In this document: one piece after another, positions 17,342 to 26,180 of the stretch
Layout: each line of letters opens with the position of its first letter
How positions within the stretch are numbered: the first letter of the stretch is position 1
Origin: Candidatus Limnocylindria bacterium
Lineage (GTDB): Bacteria; Chloroflexota; Limnocylindria; Limnocylindrales; CSP1-4
Reading direction: 5' to 3'
Assembly: GCA_046566045.1 (NCBI GenBank)
Contig: JBKHXL010000003.1
Span: forward strand, 19,740 to 83,739
DNA length: 64,000 bases
Program-made: the position numbers and the translations under genes
The notes under the pieces: generated by a model
The model's database searches: none
What the model saw: the letters and a program-made list of their open reading frames with translations, nothing else
Told to the model about the DNA's origin: nothing

Positions 17342-17989
17342 ATGGCCGGCAAGCGAACGAACCAGGGGGCACGTATCGCGCTCGAGTCCGTCGCCGACGC
17401 GGCGAGCGGCGTGATCGCGCAGCGCGCCTCGAAGGCGTCCAAGGAGCTGCGCAAGCTGGAGAAGCAGCTGTCGGCCGCCCGCGCCAGGGAGGCCAGGCGG
17501 CTCGACCAACTGGCGAAGGCGCAGGGAAAGAACGACAGCAAGGCGATCGCGAAGCGCCGGAAGCAGGTCGCGTCGGCCGCGGACGACGTGGCGAGCCTGC
17601 TCGGGCGCCTCGGCGGCCGGGTCGAGGGTGCGGGCGGATCCGCCGCCGACGCGGCCCGCGATGTCGGTTCGGCGGCGGTCACCGCCGCGACAGCGGTGTT
17701 GCCGGCCAGGGCATCGGCCGCGAAGCCGGTGGCGGCCTCCAGGCGCGCCGCCAAGCCCGCCGCCGCGAAGCCCGCCGCCAAGCCGGCGGCGGCAGCCAGG
17801 CCCGCCACGGCGCGCAAGCCCGCCGCCGCGAAGCCCGCCGCCGCGAAGCCCGCCGCCACGAAGCCAGCCGCCGCGCAGCCCGCGGCCGCGAAGCCCGCGA
17901 CGACCCGCAAGCCCGCGACGACCCGCAAGCCGGCCGCGCCCCGGGCTCCGCGGTCCACCTCGAGCGGCGCCGAGGAGACCTCGACCTGA
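17342..17989 (+). CDS. AlgP-like histone-H1-type protein (coiled-coil N-terminus, KPAA-repeat C-terminus)
   Basis: ATG at 17342 with GAGGGAA upstream. The N-terminus contains ...SKELRKLEKQLSAARAREARRLDQLAKAQGK.... The C-terminal ~80 aa carries about ten (A/T)(A/T)KPA(A/T) units. Confidence 0.7.
   Translation: MAGKRTNQGARIALESVADAASGVIAQRASKASKELRKLEKQLSAARAREARRLDQLAKAQGKNDSKAIAKRRKQVASAADDVASLLGRLGGRVEGAGGSAADAARDVGSAAVTAATAVLPARASAAKPVAASRRAAKPAAAKPAAKPAAAARPATARKPAAAKPAAAKPAATKPAAAQPAAAKPATTRKPATTRKPAAPRAPRSTSSGAEETST
17719..17940 (+). repeat. degenerate 12-15 bp tandem repeats encoding the KPAA tail
   Basis: Repeated gcgaagcccgccgcc / cgcaagcccgcgacgacc units within the CDS above. Confidence 0.7.
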
Positions 17990-18032
17990 TCGCGATCCCG
18001 GCCCGCGCCCGGGCCCCTCGTACCCGCGTCGG

Positions 18033-18980
18033 GTGAGCGCGCGACCGAGGATCGGGGCCGCGGTCGACCTCGGCTCGAATTCCGTCCATCTCCTGGCCGC
18101 CGCCGTGTCCGGCCACCGCCTGCGACCGATCATCGATGAGTCGACCTTCCTCGGTCTCGGCGCCACCGTCGACGCGCGCGCGCACCTGGGCACCGCCGCT
18201 CGAGCCGAGTTGGTCGCCACGCTCCAGGGCTACGTCTCCACGGCCCGTCTCGTCGGCGCGACCACGATCACGCTGATGGGCACGGAACCCATCCGACGTG
18301 CGGCGGACGGAGCGGCCATCGTCGCCGCCGTCGGAACCGGCACCGGGGTCCCGCTCCACGTCCTCACCCATGAGGAAGAGGGCTTCCTGACGCTCATCGG
18401 GGTCACCGAGGGACGGCCCGTGACCCACGAGACCCTCGTCGTCGACATCGGCGGCGGCAGCTCGGAGTTCTGTGCCGTGGGCGCGCGCGGCCACGCCCGG
18501 GCGGCCGGCCTGCGCCTGGGCTCCAACCGCCTGACGACCCGCTACGTCACGCACGATCCGCCGACGCCCGATGACATCGCGGCCATGACCGCCGCCGCGG
18601 ATCTCGCCCTGGCCGACGCCATCGATGTGCGACCGCGCGAGATCGTGGCGGTCGGTGGAACGGCGTCGAACCTGCTCAAGGTGGCCCCCGGTGGCGTGAC
18701 CGACACGATCCTGACCCGCGATCGACTGGCGGCGGCCCTGGCCACGCTGCTCGAGCGGCCCGCGGCCGAGACCTCGGAGCGGTATCTGGTCAACCCCAAG
18801 CGGGCGCGCCTGCTCCCGGCGGGAGCGACCATCGTCGACGCCCTGCTGCGCCGCTACGGCGCCTCCCAGGTGCGCGTCTCCGACGCCGGCATGCGTGAGG
18901 GGGCGATCCTCATCGCCGATCACGTTGGCTGTGCCTGGCGCGATCGACTCGCGTCGATGGCCCACGGCTGGCGGACCTGA
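18033..18980 (+). CDS. ppx: exopolyphosphatase, Ppx/GppA family (short form)
   Basis: IGAAVDLGSNSVHLL, MGTEPIRRA and VVDIGGGSSEF are ASKHA-fold phosphate motifs. GTG at 18033, 43 bp after the AlgP-like gene. Confidence 0.85.
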   Translation: MSARPRIGAAVDLGSNSVHLLAAAVSGHRLRPIIDESTFLGLGATVDARAHLGTAARAELVATLQGYVSTARLVGATTITLMGTEPIRRAADGAAIVAAVGTGTGVPLHVLTHEEEGFLTLIGVTEGRPVTHETLVVDIGGGSSEFCAVGARGHARAAGLRLGSNRLTTRYVTHDPPTPDDIAAMTAAADLALADAIDVRPREIVAVGGTASNLLKVAPGGVTDTILTRDRLAAALATLLERPAAETSERYLVNPKRARLLPAGATIVDALLRRYGASQVRVSDAGMREGAILIADHVGCAWRDRLASMAHGWRT

Positions 18981-19004
18981 CTCGACCCGTCCCTCGACGC
19001 CGGG

Positions 19005-20732
19005 TCACAGCTCGGCGACGACCCGGCCGAGGGCCCGCCGGAAGCGCAGGCCCGAAGCGGCTCGCCAGGCGGGGCCCATGGTCCGCCGCAGGCGCGCGAC
19101 CTCGCGCTCGCGATCGACGAGGTAGCGCCCGATCGCCGCGCTCTCGAGTGAGCTGAGCTCGCCCGCGCTAGCGACCAGGAACGTGCGCGTCATCGATGCG
19201 GTCACGTCGGCGTCGTTCATCAGCCCCAGGTGGTCTTGCAGCGCGGTCACCCGGGCGATGAGCGTGCCAGCCTCCGGCCCGAGGGCCTCCCTCGTGAACT
19301 CGAGCGAGTAGCGCAGCCACTTGGCCGCGATCCGCAGGTCGTGCAGGGTCTCCACATCGGCCCAGCGCAGGACCGGCTCATAGCCGCGGAGCTGCTCGTA
19401 GGCGGCCCAGATCCGCGATGGGGCCGTGTCGCGGACCCGGTGCGGCTGGACGGGCCCGACCGGCAGCACGAGCGCGCCCTCGGTCCGGACGAAGTCGCGA
19501 TAGTCGTCGAGCCAGCGCCGGTAGCCGTCCGAGTCGAGCTCGCGGATGAGCAGCGAGCGGGCCACGTCGCGGTGGGTCCGCCACGAGCGCAGGAGCGGCT
19601 CGAGGGCGCGCTGCTCGGCCACCGGGAGGTCGGCCCGATAGGCGTCGGCTGCCTCGAGCTGGACGTCCAGGTCGCGCACGGCCCCCAGTCGTGCGGCGAT
19701 CTCGCGCAGGCCGTCGCGGTAGCGCTTGGTGCGGCGTGGCCGGAAGGCCGATCCGAAGACGCGCCACGCCGCGCGCTGCCGTCGCGTCGCGACGCGCATC
19801 TTGTGAAGGTCCTCGGCGACCTCGCCGCTGCGGGTCCCGGCCTCGTGGTCGAGCATCCGCGCCAGGTGGAAGCGCAGGACCTTGCGGCCGGCCTCGGCGA
19901 CGTGGTCGTCGGCGCCGACGCCGGGACTCCGGCCGACCGACAGGGGCGGCGTCTCCGGGCTCGCGGTGGCCGCCGCGATCGCCTCGATCACCGCGGCGAC
20001 GGCGACCTCGTCCATGGCGGTCGGCTCGCCGTCGGTCGGCTCGCCGTCGGTCGGCCGGTGGACGTCCAGGGCGGCCATCGCCGCATCGAGCTTGCTCGAG
20101 GTCGCCCGACGCAGCCCGGGCTCGCCGTCCAGGACGGCGGCGACGACCGCGAGCGCCGCCTCATCGCCGCCCACGAGCTCCGCTTCGAGCTCGGTGAAGC
20201 GCTCGATGACGGTGTCGCCGGCGAGGACCTCGATGTCGTCCACGCTCAGCTCGACCGTGGCGGCGTCCGAGCCGTAGAGGCGCTTGCGGCGATGCTGACG
20301 GAGGGTCACGAGCTCGACCAGCGGCTGCGTGCCGGCATGCTCGATGATGAGGGCGCGGGCATCCGAGGCGGGCCAGTCGGCCGGGGGGGCGACCGGATCG
20401 GCCGGTCCCTCGATCTCGGTCCGGCGCGTCGCGCCGCCGGCGGCCTCCTCGCGATGGAGCGACTTGACCGACACCAGGGTGCGATCGTCGAGCTCCCGGA
20501 GGCGCGCCACGAGCCCGGCCCGCGCCAGGGCTCCGTCCGCGGTGTCCACGTAGCGATCTTCCATCACCACGTCGCGCGCGGTCTCGGGCTCAGCCGAGAG
20601 CGACCCGATCCGGTCGAGCGCGACGACGGTCTCGGCGGCGGCACGGTCGTCGACCCGGAACTTGAGCTCGATCTCGACCGGCGGGACGGCCGCCAGCCTG
20701 TCCGCGCGCTTGTCCGCCTTCGTCCGCTTCAC
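19005..20732 (-). CDS. CYTH-CHAD two-domain protein
   Basis: The N-terminus has the ExExK motif (VEIELKFRV) of triphosphate tunnel metalloenzymes. The C-terminal helical region has His/Arg-rich CHAD-type repeats (HKMRVATRRQR, LHDLRIAAKWLRY). The GTG at 20732 overlaps the ppk stop (GTGA). Confidence 0.85.
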   Translation of the reverse strand: MKRTKADKRADRLAAVPPVEIELKFRVDDRAAAETVVALDRIGSLSAEPETARDVVMEDRYVDTADGALARAGLVARLRELDDRTLVSVKSLHREEAAGGATRRTEIEGPADPVAPPADWPASDARALIIEHAGTQPLVELVTLRQHRRKRLYGSDAATVELSVDDIEVLAGDTVIERFTELEAELVGGDEAALAVVAAVLDGEPGLRRATSSKLDAAMAALDVHRPTDGEPTDGEPTAMDEVAVAAVIEAIAAATASPETPPLSVGRSPGVGADDHVAEAGRKVLRFHLARMLDHEAGTRSGEVAEDLHKMRVATRRQRAAWRVFGSAFRPRRTKRYRDGLREIAARLGAVRDLDVQLEAADAYRADLPVAEQRALEPLLRSWRTHRDVARSLLIRELDSDGYRRWLDDYRDFVRTEGALVLPVGPVQPHRVRDTAPSRIWAAYEQLRGYEPVLRWADVETLHDLRIAAKWLRYSLEFTREALGPEAGTLIARVTALQDHLGLMNDADVTASMTRTFLVASAGELSSLESAAIGRYLVDREREVARLRRTMGPAWRAASGLRFRRALGRVVAEL

Positions 20733-22915
20733 GCGCGCGGGTCCAGCGAGCCCGAGCCCGCGCCCGGTCGGCGAGGGGCGGCGGCGACCATCCCCTGGGC
20801 GAGGGTGCGCTCCTTCAGGACCTCGTGCGTGTCGATCGTCCCCTCGGTGCCGTTGAGCACCTCCGTGCGCACCCAGGTCGCCTCCGGCGTGAGCTGCCAC
20901 GAGCGGCGGTCGTCGGCCAGCATCAGTTCGACGACCTCGCGCAGGCGCTCCTTCGCGTCGTGATCCTCGACCGGCACGACCGCCTCGACGCGGCGATCGA
21001 GGTTGCGGTCCATGAGATCGGCCGAACCGATGAACCACTCGGCGTCGCCGCCGTTGCGGAAGCCCCAGATCCGGGAGTGCTCGAGGAACTCGCCGATGAT
21101 CGAGCGCACCCGGATGCGCTCGGAGATGCCGGGCAGGCCCGGCTGCAACGAGCACGCCCCGCGGACGATCAGCTCGATCGGCACGCCGGCGCCCGACGCG
21201 CGGTAGAGGGCCTCGATCGACGGCGTGTCGACGATCGCGTTGGTCTTGACCACGATGCCCGCCTCGCGCCCTGCGTCCGCGTGGCCGATCTCGCGCTCGA
21301 CCAGGCGCAGGAAGCCCGCGCGCAGGCTGTGCGGCGCCACGAGGAGGCGGCGGAACGTGCGTTGGCGCGACAGCCCGGTCAGCACGTTGAACAGGTCGGT
21401 GACGTCGGCGCCGATCTCGGGCCGGCAGGTGAGCAGGCCGAGGTCCACGTACAGGCGGGCCGTCTTCTGGTTGTAGTTGCCGGTCCCGATGTGGACGTAG
21501 CGGCGCAGGTTCGAGCCCTCCCGGCGCACCACGAGCGAGGTCTTGGAGTGCGTCTTGAGCCCGACCAGCCCGTAGACCACGTGCGCGCCGGCGCGCTCGA
21601 GCTTGCGCGCCCAGACGATGTTCGCCTCCTCGTCGAAGCGGGCCTTGATCTCGACCAGCACGACCACCTGCTTGCCGCGCTCGGCGGCGCGGATGAGCGA
21701 CTGGACGATGGGGGAGTCGCCCGACGTCCGATACAGGGTCTGCTTGATGGTCAGGACATCGGGGTCGTCGGCGGCCTGTGCGACGAACCGCTCGACGGAT
21801 GCCGAGAACGATTCGTACGGGTGGTGGACGAGGATGTCGCCGGAACGGATCGCGGCGAACACGTCCGCCCGTTCATCCTCGTCGGGCGGCAGCAGCCGGG
21901 CCGGCGTGACCGGGGTCCAGGGCGGCGACTTGAGGTCGGGCCGGTCGAGCTCGGTGATGCGCCACAGCGCGGTGAGGTCGAGCAGGCCGCCGACCTCGTA
22001 GCAGTCCTCGAGCTCGAGGCCGAGCCCGCGCAGCAGGATGTCGCGCGTGGCCTCCGGCATCGACCGCTCGACCTCGAGCCGGACGGCCTCGCCGAAGCGC
22101 CGCCGCCGCAGTTCCTCCTCGATGGCCATGAGCAGGTCGTCGGCCTCGTCCTCCTCGATGGCCAGGTCGGCGTTGCGGGTGACGCGGAACATGTGGGTCT
22201 CGACGACCTCCATGCCCGTGAACAGGTCGGCCAGGTTCGCCTCGATGACCTGGTCGATGGGCACGAACCGGCCCGGTTCGATCTCGAGCAGGCGCGGCAG
22301 GATCTGCGGCACCTTGACCCGGGCGAAGACCGGCTCGCCGTCGTCCGGGTCGATGAGGCCGACCGCGATCGACAGGCTCAGGGTCGAGATGTACGGGAAC
22401 GGGTGCCCCGGGTCGACGGCGAGCGGGGTCAGGACGGGGTAGATCTCGTCGAGATAGCGCTGGCGCAGCTCCGCGTGGTGCTGCGGGATGCTGGCGTAGT
22501 CCACGATCTCGATGCCTTCCGCCGCAAGCTCGCCGCGCAGCTCGAGGAAGATGGCCGAGTGCTCGGCGACGAGATCGAGGATGCGCGCCCGGGCGGCGGC
22601 CAGCTGCTCGGCCGGCGTCCGGCCGTCGGCGGCGCGGGTGACCGCCCCGGCCTCGATCTGCTGGCGCAGGCCGGCGATGCGGACCTGGAAGAACTCGTCG
22701 AGATTGCTGGCGAAGATGGCCAGGAACTTGGCGCGCTCGAGGAGCGGGTTGCGTCGGTCACGCGCCTCGAACAGCACGCGCGCGTTGAACTCGATCCACG
22801 ACAGCTCGCGGTTGAGGTACGGCAGCTCGGGCGCGGGTCGCGGGGTCCGGCGCTGGCGCGGGGCAGGGGCGCGCGTCGCGAGCGGCGCGGCAGCGGCGGG
22901 ATCGACGGCGGCCAT
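20729..22915 (-). CDS. ppk: polyphosphate kinase 1
   Basis: PYLNRELSWIEFNARVL N-terminus, the KTHSK autophosphorylation-His region, and two PLD-like C-terminal domains. ATG at 22915 with AGGAG 14 nt upstream. The reading frame stays open upstream (see next feature). Confidence 0.9.
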   Translation of the reverse strand: MAAVDPAAAAPLATRAPAPRQRRTPRPAPELPYLNRELSWIEFNARVLFEARDRRNPLLERAKFLAIFASNLDEFFQVRIAGLRQQIEAGAVTRAADGRTPAEQLAAARARILDLVAEHSAIFLELRGELAAEGIEIVDYASIPQHHAELRQRYLDEIYPVLTPLAVDPGHPFPYISTLSLSIAVGLIDPDDGEPVFARVKVPQILPRLLEIEPGRFVPIDQVIEANLADLFTGMEVVETHMFRVTRNADLAIEEDEADDLLMAIEEELRRRRFGEAVRLEVERSMPEATRDILLRGLGLELEDCYEVGGLLDLTALWRITELDRPDLKSPPWTPVTPARLLPPDEDERADVFAAIRSGDILVHHPYESFSASVERFVAQAADDPDVLTIKQTLYRTSGDSPIVQSLIRAAERGKQVVVLVEIKARFDEEANIVWARKLERAGAHVVYGLVGLKTHSKTSLVVRREGSNLRRYVHIGTGNYNQKTARLYVDLGLLTCRPEIGADVTDLFNVLTGLSRQRTFRRLLVAPHSLRAGFLRLVEREIGHADAGREAGIVVKTNAIVDTPSIEALYRASGAGVPIELIVRGACSLQPGLPGISERIRVRSIIGEFLEHSRIWGFRNGGDAEWFIGSADLMDRNLDRRVEAVVPVEDHDAKERLREVVELMLADDRRSWQLTPEATWVRTEVLNGTEGTIDTHEVLKERTLAQGMVAAAPRRPGAGSGSLDPRA

Positions 22916-23473
22916 CGGGTGGGATGCGACTCCTGCTGGTCCTCGCACGTCGTCCGGGTGACGGGCCAGACGACGCACGACTGGCCGGCGAGGATAGCAT
23001 GCAGCGGCCGATTTCCCCGGGGTCGCGACCCGCACGGCGGTCGGGCGCCGGCGCGCCGGCGCCCGGGCCGAGCGGTGGTCGGCGTGGTTCCCGGCGGCCG
23101 GCGGACGAGTGGCGTCCGGCTCCCCCTCGCGGCGCGCCGTGCACGTCGGACAGGGACAGCGATCGCGCAGCAGCGCGAACGTGTAGTAGCCGGTCTTGTG
23201 GCCGTCCGCCCAGTGCGGCGAGACGGCGTAGTTGCCCACGAGATGGACGTCCGTGAGGCGTGTCTGCTCGGCGGTCAGGGTCGGGGCGCTGTCCAGCCAG
23301 CCGGGCATGCCGGCCTCGCCTCGGCAGTACGCGCACGGGCACAGCCAGCGCAGGGCCTCGAAGTCGTAGACGGTCTCGTGCTCGTCGGCCCAGCCGATGC
23401 GCAGGGTTCGTGCCTGGCGGTCGGCGTGGATCGTCCGGGCCGTCGTGGAGCGTGGGTCGGAGGCGGGTTGCAC
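22916..23473 (-). CDS. DUF971-type zinc-ribbon module without its own stop codon, in-frame with ppk
   Basis: LRIGWADEHETVYDFEALRWLCPCAYC ... VGNYAVSPHWADGHKTGYYTFALLRDRCPCPTC. GTG at 23473 is the best start. The track shows no stop in this frame before ppk. Confidence 0.6.
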
Positions 23474-23492
23474 GGTCCGATCGTCGCACGTT

Positions 23493-23523
23493 CCGGCCGG
23501 TCGGACACGGAACGACCGGCCGG
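23493..23523. other. 11-bp-stem hairpin in the ppk / ATPase divergent intergenic region
   Basis: CCGGCCGGTCG (23493-23503) and CGACCGGCCGG (23513-23523) with a 9-nt loop. An alternative pairing TTCCG/CGGAA is also possible. Confidence 0.4.
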
Positions 23524-23612
23524 CGGGCGGCGCGGTCGCCGTCGAGGACGGGCCACGTGCACGGCCGTCGCATGACCTCCGGCCCGTCACGGACCGGCTA
23601 CCGGGCGCGAAG

Positions 23613-26180
23613 ATGGAGGCGATGCCAGGACCAGCTCCCCGGGCGCAGCCGAGCGCCGGACCCGCCCCCTTCAGTACCGCCGTCGAGCGCCTGGCCGACC
23701 GGCTCGGGGTCGATCCCGCGCGTGGCCTGGGCGCGGCCGACGCCCTGACCCGCGCCGCGCGCGCCGGGCCCAACGAGCTGGAGCCGGCCCGCCGGACGTC
23801 CGTCGCCCGCATGATCGCGGGGGCGGCCACCGAGCCGTTCGTGCTCCTGCTGATGGCTGCCGGGGTCGCGGCCATCCTCCTCGGCGAGGTGCGCGACGGC
23901 CTGTTCGTGCTGATCGGCCTCATCCCGATCGTCGGCGCCGACGTCGTCACCGAATTCCGTGGGGAGCGGGCCCTCGAGGCGCTGCGCGATGCGGCGGCGC
24001 CGCGCGCGACGGTCCGGCGCGACGGCGTCGTGAGCGACCTGCCCGCGGCCGATCTCGTGCCAGGGGACATCGTCCTCCTGCGCGCCGGCGACGTCGTCCC
24101 GGCGGACCTGCGTCTGCTCATCGCCGATCGCCTGCTGATCGACCGGAGCGCCCTGACCGGTGAGTCCGTGCCGGAGGCGGGCGCGACCGCGCCGGACGCC
24201 CCCGGGACGCCGCTCGCCGAGCGCCGCTCGATGGCCTACGCCGGGAGCCCCGTCGTCGGCGGACGGGGCGAGGGCGTGGTCGTCGCGACGGGGGCCTCGA
24301 CCGAGGTGGGGCGCATCGCCGGCGGGCTGGCGGCCACCGAGCGGCGACGGTCGCCGCTCCAGGCAGAACTCGACCGGTTGGTCCGCATGCTCCTGATCGT
24401 GGCCATCGTCCTCATCGCGATCGTCACGAGCCTCGGGTTCGCGCGCGGCGAGCCGGCCGGCGCCAACGTCCTGGCCGGGATCTCGGCGGCGATCGCGGCC
24501 ATCCCGGAGGAGCCGCCGATCCTGCTCGCCGTGATCCTGGGCCTCGGGGCGTACCGCCTGCTCAAGCGCGGCGTGCTCGTCCGCCGGCTGAACGCCGAGG
24601 AGACGCTCGGTGCCGTGGACCTCATCGTCACCGACAAGACCGGGACGCTCACCCGCAACCGCCTCGAGGTGGCGACCGTGCGCACGCTCGATGGGTCGGT
24701 CGCCGAGGGGCCCGGACGGGTGCGCCTGCTGGCCGACGCCTATCGCGCCGAGGACGACGCCTGGTTGCGCGGCCGCGGCGCCGTCCCGGGCTCGTTCACC
24801 AGGGCCCTGGCGACCGCGCTCGAGGCGGACGGCGACGGCGCGACCGAGGTCCTGGACCTCGACCCCGCCGAGCTGACCCTGGCCGAGCCCGTCACCGGCG
24901 ATCGACGCTACGCCCGGACCGAGGACCGAGCCGGTGTCGTGCGCCTGCTGGGCGCCCCGGAGGCCGTGCTGGATGCGACCGACGCGACCAGTGCGGACCG
25001 ATCGGCATGGCGCGCGCTCATCGACGCCCACGCCCGGAGCGGCGAGCGGGTGGTCGGCCTGGCGGTCGGGCGGGTCGGCGCGCCGCCATCGATGGCGGCC
25101 CTCATCGGGTTCGCCGATCCACTGCGCGACGGCATCCGCGACGCCTTCGCCAGCGCGGGTCGGGCGGGGATCGCCACCATCGTCGTCACCGGCGACCATC
25201 CGGCCACGGCGTCGGCGATCGCGGAGGCGGCCGGCCTGCACGACGGCGACGCGGTGGTGGCCCTCGGCGACGACCTGGACCGGCTGACCGACGACGAGCT
25301 GACCGAGCGGATCCCCTCGCTCCACGTCATCGCCCGGTCCACACCCGAGGGCAAGGAGCGCCTGGTCCGGCTGGCGCGAGCCGCCGGCCGGACGGTGGCG
25401 GTCACGGGAGACGGCGTCAACGACGCCCCGGCGCTCAACCGGGCCGACGTGGCGGTGGCGATGGGGTCCGGCACGGCCGTGGCCAAGGGCGCGTCGGACC
25501 TCGTGCTCGGCGACGACTCGTTCGCCACCCTGCTGTTCGGCCTGTTCGAGGGACGGCGCATCGTCGACAACGTCCAGAAGGGGCTCGTCTTCCTCGTCTC
25601 GACGCACGTGGCGCTGCTCGGCTTCATCCTCATCGCCACGGTCGCGGGATCCTCCCAGCCGCTCCTCCCGCTCCAGATCCTGTGGCTGGAGCTGTTCATC
25701 GACCTGTCGACCTCGATCGCCTTCGAGCGCGAGGCGGCCGAGCCTGACCTGACCCGCCGACCGCCTCGGCGCCGGGCGATCCCCCTCCTCGACGACGGCC
25801 TGCTGGCACGGATCGTCCTCGCCGGCGGGTTCTCGGCGGTCGCCGCCCTGGGCATCATGCTCTGGGCACCGGGCACGCCGGACCACATCCGCTGGTTCGC
25901 CTACACCACGCTCGTCGTGGCCCAGGTGGTGCGCGCCTACGCGAACCGGAGCCTGGTGACGCCGATCCACCGCCTGCCGACCAACCGGCTCCTGCTCGGG
26001 GCCGTGCTGCTGGTCATCGCCATCACGGCGGCCATACCGTTCCTGCCGCCGATCGCCGAGGCGTTCCGCGCGTCGCCGCTCGACGCCGGGGAGTGGGTCG
26101 TCGTGGCGCTCATCGCGCTCGCCCCGGCCATCGCTGCCGAGGCCATCCGCAGCCGCCGCCACGCTCGCTGGGTGGCCTGA
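23613..26180 (+). CDS. cation-translocating P-type ATPase (P2-type, Ca2+/Mg2+-like)
   Basis: LTGESVP, DKTGTLTRN, TGDHPATA and VTGDGVNDAPAL motifs. Cation_ATPase_N-like start. ATG at 23613. Confidence 0.9.
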   Translation: MEAMPGPAPRAQPSAGPAPFSTAVERLADRLGVDPARGLGAADALTRAARAGPNELEPARRTSVARMIAGAATEPFVLLLMAAGVAAILLGEVRDGLFVLIGLIPIVGADVVTEFRGERALEALRDAAAPRATVRRDGVVSDLPAADLVPGDIVLLRAGDVVPADLRLLIADRLLIDRSALTGESVPEAGATAPDAPGTPLAERRSMAYAGSPVVGGRGEGVVVATGASTEVGRIAGGLAATERRRSPLQAELDRLVRMLLIVAIVLIAIVTSLGFARGEPAGANVLAGISAAIAAIPEEPPILLAVILGLGAYRLLKRGVLVRRLNAEETLGAVDLIVTDKTGTLTRNRLEVATVRTLDGSVAEGPGRVRLLADAYRAEDDAWLRGRGAVPGSFTRALATALEADGDGATEVLDLDPAELTLAEPVTGDRRYARTEDRAGVVRLLGAPEAVLDATDATSADRSAWRALIDAHARSGERVVGLAVGRVGAPPSMAALIGFADPLRDGIRDAFASAGRAGIATIVVTGDHPATASAIAEAAGLHDGDAVVALGDDLDRLTDDELTERIPSLHVIARSTPEGKERLVRLARAAGRTVAVTGDGVNDAPALNRADVAVAMGSGTAVAKGASDLVLGDDSFATLLFGLFEGRRIVDNVQKGLVFLVSTHVALLGFILIATVAGSSQPLLPLQILWLELFIDLSTSIAFEREAAEPDLTRRPPRRRAIPLLDDGLLARIVLAGGFSAVAALGIMLWAPGTPDHIRWFAYTTLVVAQVVRAYANRSLVTPIHRLPTNRLLLGAVLLVIAITAAIPFLPPIAEAFRASPLDAGEWVVVALIALAPAIAAEAIRSRRHARWVA

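Noticed and set aside
17719-17940. Short tandem DNA repeats, which could suggest a CRISPR array or satellite.
   Set aside because: The units are degenerate 12-15 bp repeats with no unique spacers, and they lie in-frame inside a CDS encoding the KPAA tail. I saw no CRISPR-like repeat-spacer structure anywhere in the window.
22758-23573. ORF of 271 aa on the minus strand, starting at an ATG just after GGAGG (near 23573).
   Set aside because: It lies out of frame across the DUF971 module and the ppk N-terminus, has an Arg/Pro-rich product with no motif, and the SD-ATG spacing is too short. It is most likely another GC artefact.
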